Part shown: one piece after another, positions 1 through 7,101 of the stretch
Layout of the letters: each line of letters opens with the position of its first letter
Numbering within the stretch: position 1 is the first letter of the stretch
Source of the DNA: Winkia neuii subsp. neuii DSM 8576
Lineage (GTDB): Bacteria; Actinomycetota; Actinomycetes; Actinomycetales; Actinomycetaceae
Reading direction: 5' to 3'
Length of the DNA stretch: 24,000 bases
NCBI RefSeq assembly: GCF_000420405.1
Contig: NZ_ATUW01000001.1
Location: 5,072 to 29,071 of the forward strand
Made by a program: the position numbers and the translations under genes
The notes under the pieces: generated by a model
Database searches by the model: none
Seen by the model: only the letters and a program-made list of their open reading frames with translations
What the model was told of the DNA's origin: nothing

Positions 1-465
1 CACAAACGCATTGCCCACGTGCGTCTGCCCTCCCACATCCCCTACGAAGATAGGCAGGTCTCCTACTACCGCGCCATGGAGGCGGCAGGCCTAACGCCGC
101 AAGTAGTGGACGCAGATTTTGAAAACGGCAGCGGCGCCAACACTATCGGAGAGCTTTTGAATTCGCCTAACTGCCCTAGCGCCTTCTTCTGCGGCAACGA
201 TCTGATCGCACTGAAAGTTTTGGACATAGTTCGGGGCAGGGGCCTGCGCGTTCCGGAAGACATTTCGATCATCGGCTTTGATGGCACCGAAACCGCCGCC
301 CGCGCCGGCCTGACCACCATTGACCAGCACCCCTACCGGCAAGGCCAACGCGCCGCAAAAATGCTGCTCGAGCGCATCGAATCCGGTGACGCCGGCGGGC
401 ACGAGCTCATTAGATTCGCCCCCACCTTAGTAGAACGCGATACTGTAGCGCCGCCCTCGTGCTAG
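1..465 (+). CDS. LacI/PurR-family transcriptional regulator, C-terminal effector-binding portion (5'-truncated by window edge)
   Basis: Frame 1 is open from base 1 (HKRIAHVRLP...), so the ORF continues upstream of the window. The segment ...FFCGNDLIALKVLDIVRGRGLRVPEDISIIGFDG...TTIDQHPYRQGQRAAKMLLERI... is the typical LacI-family sugar-binding core. Stop TAG 463-465. Confidence 0.85.
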   Translation, partial: HKRIAHVRLPSHIPYEDRQVSYYRAMEAAGLTPQVVDADFENGSGANTIGELLNSPNCPSAFFCGNDLIALKVLDIVRGRGLRVPEDISIIGFDGTETAARAGLTTIDQHPYRQGQRAAKMLLERIESGDAGGHELIRFAPTLVERDTVAPPSC

Positions 466-714
466 GCAAGCCCTGGGCAAAACGAGCCACCCATACCATA
501 GCGTGCCACCCAAAAAGCCTTTTTATGCACACGTGTGTACCCAATTAATTTTGTCCGCGTATCACATTTTTGCCGGTAAACACCGCCAGTTGCTGCCATG
601 TTGTAGCATTTATGGGTGATCGCGGTCTGTGGTCGCCGATCTCAGCGGGGTTGCTGACAGCGACTAATAGCCCTGCCTAAAAATGTTTCCCACAGGTCCA
701 GGGAGCCTTTGACT

Positions 715-2301
715 ATGAACCAGAAACCGTCCCGTGAAGGCGCAACGCCTTCGGCCGGCCAGGGTGGTAGTGTACCCCACGAGTTTCCCTCGCGTTCCTC
801 GCGCCGCCGCGCAGCACGTGGCTCACATCGCCGCACCCACTCATCCGCACCCGCGGCGGCAGGTGGCAGCGTGCCGGAGCCGCCCGCACCTGAAAAGTCG
901 GTTCCCCCTAAGGCGCGCAGGCGCGGGGCAGGCCGCTCCTTCAAACGCTCCAATACGGCGGCTAAATCCGAAACCCTAAAACCACGCAAGTCACTGCGCA
1001 CACGCGCCTCCTCGCTTTCGCGCCCCGCCCTGCGCCCCACGCAGGCAGCCAGCCGGAAAACCTCCCCACGCTGGTATTCCACCATGGATCCGCGAGTGGC
1101 TTCCTTAGACCAATCACAAAAGGGCCGCATCCACAACCCGCGCCTGTCTATGCGCGACTACGACGACGCCCACGACGCCACCTCGCCCTCGACAACTTTG
1201 ACGCACCTGCCCGCAATCAAGCCTGTTACAGGTTCGACCCCAATCGTTGGCAAGTCCGCCGCCCGCTCTGCCTCGGGAGCGCAAACTACACCCCCGGGCC
1301 CCACCGGTTCCCAAAGTGCCGCCTCGCCGGCCAAGGGGAATCCCGCTAGGGGCAGCCAGGGCGAAGCCGCCCCCATCGCCAGCGCCCACGTTCCCGCGAG
1401 GGCGGATACAAGCACGGCCGCGCTAGCTAGCGCCCCTGCAGAAGAGACCGCCCACAAAAACGCCCGCGAGGCCAACCTAGAGGAAACCGAATCCGGCTCT
1501 TCCTCGGAATTGAAACGCCAAGAATCGCGCTGGTGGCTAGGGGCCGCAATAGTTATTTGCCTGCTCGCCCTAATTGCTGGGGCCATTTTCGGGTTCTTCA
1601 AACTGCAGCGGCCCGATACCGAAAGCCAGGTGCTGCCCTCGGACAAGAAAACTTCCGCCTCCCCAACGGCCTCCCCCACGCCCTCGACAGAGCCCTCCCC
1701 GGTACCTACCGTGCGCACCACAGAAGTGCCCTCGGGGCTAAAAGGCAGCTACGATGCTCCTACCGCTACAGGCAGATTGATTGCGATCCCAGGCCAAAAG
1801 CCCGCCCCCGAAGGCGAGGGCAAACAGGTGGCCTACAACCTCTCATACGAAGAAGGCATGCCCATTGACTCGGCCGCCTTCGCCGAATCGGTGCACAACA
1901 CGCTGAACGATTCGCGTTCCTGGCCGGCCCAGGGAATGCGCTTTTCCCGCACCGACTACCAGCCGCAAGTAAACCTGCAGCTGGTCACCCCCGGCACTAT
2001 CAAGAAACGTTGCGCGGGTACCGTTGACGACGGGTTTGCCTCCTGCCTGGTTGGCAACACGGTAATGCTAAATTCCGACCGCTGGTTCAACTCAGCCGAC
2101 GCCTGGCACGACGCCGGCGGCAGCGCCGACGAATACCGGGCCTACCTGCTGAATTACTTCATTGGCCTAGCCACCGGAAAGAAGGCTGCCGACTGCCCCG
2201 GGCAAGGCGAAGTAGCAAACGTCATGCAATCACAAACCTACGAGTTGGGTGGGTGCAAACCCAACGGCTGGGTCGACCCCGACGCAACGGAAGGCCGGTG
2301 A
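715..2301 (+). CDS. Membrane-anchored DUF3152-like protein (disordered basic N-terminus, 1 TM, globular C-terminal domain)
   Basis: The long ORF opens at TTG 709. ATG 715 is preferred because GGGAG at 701-705 lies 9 nt upstream of it. The N-terminus is Arg/Ser/Pro-rich, followed by one clear TM helix (WWLGAAIVICLLALIAGAIFGFF) and a P/S/T linker. The C-terminal domain (...VAYNLSYEEGMPIDSAAFAESVHNTLNDSRSWPAQGMRF...YRAYLLNYFIGLATG...GGCKPNGWV) matches my recollection of the actinobacterial DUF3152 family. This needs an HMM search to confirm. Confidence 0.7.
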   Translation: MNQKPSREGATPSAGQGGSVPHEFPSRSSRRRAARGSHRRTHSSAPAAAGGSVPEPPAPEKSVPPKARRRGAGRSFKRSNTAAKSETLKPRKSLRTRASSLSRPALRPTQAASRKTSPRWYSTMDPRVASLDQSQKGRIHNPRLSMRDYDDAHDATSPSTTLTHLPAIKPVTGSTPIVGKSAARSASGAQTTPPGPTGSQSAASPAKGNPARGSQGEAAPIASAHVPARADTSTAALASAPAEETAHKNAREANLEETESGSSSELKRQESRWWLGAAIVICLLALIAGAIFGFFKLQRPDTESQVLPSDKKTSASPTASPTPSTEPSPVPTVRTTEVPSGLKGSYDAPTATGRLIAIPGQKPAPEGEGKQVAYNLSYEEGMPIDSAAFAESVHNTLNDSRSWPAQGMRFSRTDYQPQVNLQLVTPGTIKKRCAGTVDDGFASCLVGNTVMLNSDRWFNSADAWHDAGGSADEYRAYLLNYFIGLATGKKAADCPGQGEVANVMQSQTYELGGCKPNGWVDPDATEGR

Positions 2302-2302
2302 C

Positions 2303-3919
2303 ATGGTTCCCTACCTGCTTCAAGAGGGGTTTGCGCACGGGCTTTTACAGGCCGCAGGCGATGGGGTGGCCCCCGACAAAGGCGGGCTAGATCCACTAGC
2401 TCTAGCCCGCTGGCAGTTCACCATCACCACCATCTACCACTACATAATCGTGCCGATTTCCATAGGGCTTTCCCTATTCTTGGCGATCTGCCAAACCATG
2501 TGGTTGCGCACCAAAGAACGCCACTGGTGGTCGGCCGTGCGCTTTTTCGGCCCCATCTTCGTGGTCACGTTCGCGGTGGGCGTGGCCACCGGCCTAGTTC
2601 AAGAATTCCAATTCGGCATGAACTGGTCAGAATACTCCCGGTTTGTGGGCGACGTGTTCGGCACCCCGTTGGCTTTAGAATCACTGTTCGCCTTCTTCAC
2701 CGAATCAGTCCTTTTAGGGCTGTGGGTTTTCGGCTACGGCGCGCTCTCTCCGCGCCTGCACACGGCCACCATCTGGGGTCTCACCCTGGCGGCCCATCTT
2801 TCCGCCTGCTTCATCATTGGGGCAAACTCCTGGATGCAACATCCGGTCGGGGCCGTATTCGACCCGGCCACCGGCCGCGCCGCCCTCGACGGGTGGGCCG
2901 GATTTGTTGCGATCATTACCAACTGGACACTCTGGACCGCCATCTTGCACGTGTGCGTGTCCTCGTGGATCGTGGCGGGCGCCCTAGTAGGCGGCATTTC
3001 CTGGTGGTGGATGGTGAAGACGCGCCGCACCCACGCCAATGCCGCCCGCCCATCCCCCACTCCGGCCTCGCCCGAGGCTAGCCCGGCCCCGGCGGCAGGT
3101 AGCGCAGCGGCAGGTAGTGCTTCGCGAACTTGGCGGCCCCTGGTGCGCTTTAGCGCGTGGGCCATACTGGCTTCTTCTGTGCTAACCCTAATAACGGGAC
3201 ACTTGCAGGGGATTCAGATGGCCACCGAGCAGCCCATGAAGCTGGCTGCGGGCGAGGCCTACTGCAAACCCGTTGAAGGGGGAGCCCCGCTGGCGCTCAT
3301 TGCTTTCGGGTCAGATTGTTCCAACATCAAAACCTATGGCGCTATCCCCGGCGGCCTTTCGTTCTTAGCCACCGGTTCCTTTACGGGCAAGGTACTGTCG
3401 GTACCCGAGATTGAACGTTCCTACCAGGATTATTTCGGCAAGGCCGGCTCTGAGCGCGGCCGCACTGACAGCTACCACCCGCCGTTTATGCTCACCTTCT
3501 GGTCTTTCCGCCTGATGATACTGTTGCAGCTGCTAGTGCCCCTTTTTGCCATAGGGGCTCTTATAGCTACGCGCTCGGGCAGAACGCCCCGCAAGGGCCG
3601 CCTGTGGGGGCTAGCTTTGCTGCCGCTGCCGTCCCTTGCCGCAGTGGCGGGGTGGGTCTACACCGAAGTCGGCCGCCAACCGTGGATCGTTCACCCCAAT
3701 TTCGAGGGCGGCAAAACCGACTTGTACCTGCTAACCAACCAGGGCCTGTCACAGGTGGGAGTCTCCCCCACCCAACTGGCGCTCTCGCTGACCCTATCCA
3801 CCCTGCTGTACCTGCTGCTAGCCGTAGTATGGGCGGTCCTAGTTGCCAAAAAGGTGCGTGCCGGGTTACCCAAGGCGCGCAAACGTCAAAGCCACGCTAG
3901 GGAGCTGTCCTTCCAATGA
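2303..3919 (+). CDS. cydA: Cytochrome bd ubiquinol oxidase subunit I
   Basis: Diagnostic CydA N-terminus ...LALARWQFTITTIYHYIIVPISIGLSLFLAI..., with multiple TM helices, the Q-loop region ...EQPMKLAAGEA... and the C-terminal ...GRQPWIV... motif. ATG 2303 follows GGAAGG (2289-2294) by 8 nt and lies 1 nt after the upstream stop. The track start at 2249 would overlap the upstream gene by 53 nt and is rejected. An internal GTG near 2364 is an alternative start. Confidence 0.93.
   Translation: MVPYLLQEGFAHGLLQAAGDGVAPDKGGLDPLALARWQFTITTIYHYIIVPISIGLSLFLAICQTMWLRTKERHWWSAVRFFGPIFVVTFAVGVATGLVQEFQFGMNWSEYSRFVGDVFGTPLALESLFAFFTESVLLGLWVFGYGALSPRLHTATIWGLTLAAHLSACFIIGANSWMQHPVGAVFDPATGRAALDGWAGFVAIITNWTLWTAILHVCVSSWIVAGALVGGISWWWMVKTRRTHANAARPSPTPASPEASPAPAAGSAAAGSASRTWRPLVRFSAWAILASSVLTLITGHLQGIQMATEQPMKLAAGEAYCKPVEGGAPLALIAFGSDCSNIKTYGAIPGGLSFLATGSFTGKVLSVPEIERSYQDYFGKAGSERGRTDSYHPPFMLTFWSFRLMILLQLLVPLFAIGALIATRSGRTPRKGRLWGLALLPLPSLAAVAGWVYTEVGRQPWIVHPNFEGGKTDLYLLTNQGLSQVGVSPTQLALSLTLSTLLYLLLAVVWAVLVAKKVRAGLPKARKRQSHARELSFQ
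3092..3121 (+). repeat. 15-bp in-frame tandem duplication inside cydA (gcggcaggtagcgca / gcggcaggtagtgct)
   Basis: Read directly from the sequence: two adjacent 15-mers, 13/15 identical, encoding AAGSA-AAGSA within a Pro/Ala/Ser low-complexity loop. Confidence 0.85.
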
Positions 3920-5010
3920 TCACCACACTGCAATTCATTTGGTACTTTTTGGCCTGCGCCCTGATGGCCACCACGCTAGCGCTAGTCGGGTTAGATTTGG
4001 GGACCGGCCTCACCCTCCCGCTCATAGGCAAAGGCGCAGACGAACGAGCCCTGCTCGGACGCACTATTGCCCCACATTGGGGAGGCCACGAAGTATGGCT
4101 CATCGCGTTCGTGTCCTCACTATTCGCAGCATTCCCCGAATGGTACGCCTCCCTACTTTCCGGGCTGCAAACCTACTTCCTACTGCTAATCTTCGCCCTC
4201 GTAGTGCGCGTGGTAACCATCGAATGGCGCGAGCAAGTCTCAGCTAAGGTGGGGGCCGCCCTCGACTGGGCACACATCGCCTGCACGGTAGTGATCACTT
4301 TCTGCTTCGCAATCATCTTTGCCACCCAACTGCGCGGCCTACCCGTCGAGGTTATTAACACTCGCGGCGGGGCCATAGCAGACCCCTCCCTAATAGACCC
4401 AAATGGGCCCGTAAACCCCGACCTGGCGGCCTACGCGCATTCGGTAACCGGATCCCCCCTATCCGCCCTCAACCCCTTCGCACTGGTAGGAGCCTTAGCG
4501 CTGCTAATCTACTTGGCGTACGTGGGCGCGGTGTGGGCCCTACAGCGCATCAACTTCGAATGCGAACCCCAAGAGCGCGCTTACACCCTGCGCACCAATC
4601 TCTCGCCAGTTGCAGGTATCCTCCTTCTGGCTTGGGCGTTCTGGGGGCAGATCGCTTACGGGCGCAATAAAGCTGGCTGGGCGGTGATCGCCCTACTGGT
4701 GGTGGCCGTGGCGGCCCAATTCGTTTTCCGAGGGCGCATCCTCGCCCTGCACGTTGCTTTGGCCACCTCTCCCCTGGTACTAGCTACCGTGTGGGTTTAC
4801 GTTGCCGCCTACCCTGTGCTGTTGCCGTCCACGGTCAACGAGGCCTACAACCTGACCGTCAACCAGGCCGCCTCATCTGGCCCCGCGCTGGCAGTGCTAG
4901 TTGGGGCAGCCGCCGTGGGCATCCCCCTGGCAGGAGTGCTCACCTGGTGGTCGCATCGCACTTTGGGTTCGCGCGTAGATTTCGCCGCCTTGGCTACTCC
5001 CTTCGACTAG
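3916..5010 (+). CDS. cydB: Cytochrome bd ubiquinol oxidase subunit II
   Basis: N-terminus MITTLQFIWYFLACALMATTLALVGLDLGTG...HWGGHEVWLIAFVSSLFAAFPEWYASLLSGLQTYFLLLIFALVVRVVTIEWR is typical CydB. The ATGA overlap with the cydA stop (3916-3919) indicates translational coupling. Confidence 0.93.
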   Translation: MITTLQFIWYFLACALMATTLALVGLDLGTGLTLPLIGKGADERALLGRTIAPHWGGHEVWLIAFVSSLFAAFPEWYASLLSGLQTYFLLLIFALVVRVVTIEWREQVSAKVGAALDWAHIACTVVITFCFAIIFATQLRGLPVEVINTRGGAIADPSLIDPNGPVNPDLAAYAHSVTGSPLSALNPFALVGALALLIYLAYVGAVWALQRINFECEPQERAYTLRTNLSPVAGILLLAWAFWGQIAYGRNKAGWAVIALLVVAVAAQFVFRGRILALHVALATSPLVLATVWVYVAAYPVLLPSTVNEAYNLTVNQAASSGPALAVLVGAAAVGIPLAGVLTWWSHRTLGSRVDFAALATPFD

Positions 5011-5170
5011 CCGCACCGATTAGCCGAAGGCCAACCCTGCCGTGTGCCGCAGCGACCTGCCCTAGCGGGGCCTTGCTTCAGCCGGCTTGCCCGAGCCTAT
5101 TCCGGCTAGCCGGCAGGGCCTTGCCGCCCTAACAACTGGCATCTACTTTTCGCCGAAAAGCCCGCCCGGA

Positions 5171-5413
5171 CTACCGGCGTTCTTCGTACGGGCTTTCAGA
5201 TTGGGAGGTTTGCGGCCCGCGCGGGGCACCCTTATCTTTGCCGAACTTGTAGACGCAGAAGGCGGTGGTGGCGGTAGCCGCCATGAGTGCCCCAATCAGC
5301 ACGCTTGCTTTGAGTGCGAAAAAGCCCTGCCCGGTTGCCAGCGAAAGCACCACCCAGTACAGCACAAAGTCGAGGGCAAGAAACCCAGCCGTAAATACAA
5401 TTGCGTTTTTCAC
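5171..5413 (-). CDS. Small hypothetical membrane protein (2 predicted TM helices, charged C-terminal tail)
   Basis: 80-aa ORF with two hydrophobic helices (AIVFTAGFLALDFVLYWVVLSLA; ASVLIGALMAATATTAFCVY) and a polar tail. It looks more protein-like than the overlapping +strand 150-aa ORF (5087-5539). The GTG start has GAGGGG immediately adjacent, so spacing is poor and the start is uncertain. I do not recognise a family. Confidence 0.4.
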   Translation of the reverse strand: MKNAIVFTAGFLALDFVLYWVVLSLATGQGFFALKASVLIGALMAATATTAFCVYKFGKDKGAPRGPQTSQSESPYEERR

Positions 5414-5582
5414 CCCTCGAGTCTAACTAGCACCCCTACCGAGCGCACCCAACTGGCCCTTGCCCGCACTGCCACCGCCCCGCCCTCGTCAATAAGGGGT
5501 CCAAATAATGGAACAACCCAAGACTTAAGTCCCAGATAGCTGGTATGTTGCGTACCACACCACAACGTACAAGGGGGTACGT

Positions 5583-6950
5583 ATGGCAGCTCGCTCTAGC
5601 CCACCGCTCACAACAAAAGATAAAATTGCAGGCCAAACCGAAGCCATGAATAGGGTTCTAGGACTACCCTCGGTGGTAGCCTACGGCCTAGCTTCGATGG
5701 GGTTGCTAGCCGTATTCACCATCTACGGCACCGGGGTGAAGCTCTCGGATGGGCACCTTCCCGCTGCCTACATAATCGCCCTAACCGCAATGCTCCTCAC
5801 CGCCCACTCCTACGCGCGCATGGCCTGGGCCGTACCGAAGTCAGGTTCGGCATACATGTATGCGCGTCTTTCCTTTGGCCCCTATGCGGGCTTCTTCGTC
5901 GGCTGGACAATGTTGCTTGGATACATATTCCTGCCCATGGTGAACTTTCTTCTGACCGGCTTGTATTTGAACACCCTATTCACTTCTATCCCGCCGTGGA
6001 TATTCACTTTGGCGTCAATAATTCTAGTTGGCATTTTGGCCATGGTTGGCGTCACCTGGGTGGGGAAACTAAACATCGCCCTGGCCGTAGCAGGTAGCGG
6101 CATAGTTGCGATTTTTTCTGTACTCGCCTTTATTCACGCCGACCATCTCAGCGCCGAAACTTTAATCGCTCCTATCGCTCCCCAGTCGGGTTCGCTCGGC
6201 ACAGTAATGGCGGCCGCCGCCGTTCTTTCCTTCGCCTTTTTAGGTTTCGACGGAGTGTCTAACCTTGCTGAAGAAACCAAAAAGCCACGCCAAAATATTC
6301 CGAGGGCGATAATGCTTTCTACACTCATTATTGGCATTTTGTTTTTTCTGGTTGCGTGGGCCGGCTCGCAGTTGTACCCAAATTGGCGCGACCTGACTAA
6401 TCTGGATGCAGCGGGCACAGAAATGATGCGAAAGATTGGCGGGCCCATGCTGGCCACAGTCTTTTTGGCGATCTACATTTTTGGTACGACACTGTGCGGT
6501 ACGGCAGCGCAAATGTCGGTCTCGCGCGTGCTTTTCACCATGGGCAGGGATCGGGTGCTGCCAATGGTTTTGTCGCGCCTACACCCGCGCTTTAAGACCC
6601 CCTACGTTGCTTCGTTGCTCGTCTCTGGGCTTTCGCTTGTATCCCTTCTGCTAACACTTGAGCAGGCTGTTTACATGATCAACTTCGGCGCTTTAGTGGC
6701 CTTTGCTGCCGTCAACCTAGCAGCCTTCAAGTATTTTTGGGTGGACCAGAAAAAAAGGGGAATGCGCGCCCTCTTCTCATACCTTTTAGCCCCCTTGGCC
6801 GGGTTTGCATTCATCTCCTACCTGTGGAGTTCCCTGGAATGGTTCTCTTACCTCGTAGGGGCCGCCTGGGTGGTCGTAGGCGTCGGCATCCTGGCCTGGC
6901 AAACCAAAGGCTTTACCAAACCACCCCCACCCCTGCAGTTAGACGGTTAA
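5583..6950 (+). CDS. APC-superfamily amino acid/polyamine permease, PuuP/PlaP-like subfamily
   Basis: A 12-TM-type hydrophobic profile. The N-terminal region ...LSDGHLPAAYIIALTAMLLTAHSYARMAWAVPKSGSAYMYARLSFGPYAGFFVGWTMLLGYIFLPMVNFLLTGLYL... closely parallels my recollection of E. coli PuuP/PlaP putrescine importers. ATG 5583 is preceded by AAGGGGG. Confidence 0.88.
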   Translation: MAARSSPPLTTKDKIAGQTEAMNRVLGLPSVVAYGLASMGLLAVFTIYGTGVKLSDGHLPAAYIIALTAMLLTAHSYARMAWAVPKSGSAYMYARLSFGPYAGFFVGWTMLLGYIFLPMVNFLLTGLYLNTLFTSIPPWIFTLASIILVGILAMVGVTWVGKLNIALAVAGSGIVAIFSVLAFIHADHLSAETLIAPIAPQSGSLGTVMAAAAVLSFAFLGFDGVSNLAEETKKPRQNIPRAIMLSTLIIGILFFLVAWAGSQLYPNWRDLTNLDAAGTEMMRKIGGPMLATVFLAIYIFGTTLCGTAAQMSVSRVLFTMGRDRVLPMVLSRLHPRFKTPYVASLLVSGLSLVSLLLTLEQAVYMINFGALVAFAAVNLAAFKYFWVDQKKRGMRALFSYLLAPLAGFAFISYLWSSLEWFSYLVGAAWVVVGVGILAWQTKGFTKPPPPLQLDG

Positions 6951-7101
6951 CCGCAGTGGCAACACTGGGAGCAACCCCGAAGTAGCTGCCGCGGAGGAAC
7001 TTTCGCCCTCCCTCACCCAGCATCGCAAGAGCTTTAGCACCGTACAAGTAAGTCCTTCTATTGACTTTGCGCCCAGCGCCTAAATGACGAATGGAGTTCA
7101 A

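Noticed and set aside
470-481. 12-mer gccctgggcaaa shared between the region just after the LacI stop and the 5' arm of the hairpin at 19245-19256
   Set aside because: A single exact 12-mer match is expected by chance many times in 24 kb of GC-biased sequence. The flanks do not match, so this is not a repeat family.
526-535. 10-bp palindrome cacacgtgtg upstream of the DUF3152-cydAB unit, considered as an operator
   Set aside because: It is short, about 180 nt upstream of the start, and I could place no convincing promoter around it. It is noted only as a possibility.
642-1721. Minus-strand ORFs 642-1136 (164 aa) and 1158-1721 (187 aa), plus several +strand out-of-frame ORFs over the DUF3152-like gene
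   Set aside because: They overlap the better-supported +strand ORF, which has a TM helix and a conserved C-terminal domain. Their low-complexity Arg/Gly/Ala composition and lack of motifs mark them as GC-driven shadow ORFs.
2249-2302. Upstream start (2249) for cydA
   Set aside because: It would overlap the DUF3152-like gene by 53 nt and adds non-conserved residues. ATG 2303 has a well-spaced SD.
5087-5539. 150-aa +strand ORF between cydB and the APC permease
   Set aside because: It competes with the minus-strand 80-aa ORF, which encodes two clean TM helices. The +strand product is low-complexity (GGGGG, Pro/Arg-rich) with no recognisable features.
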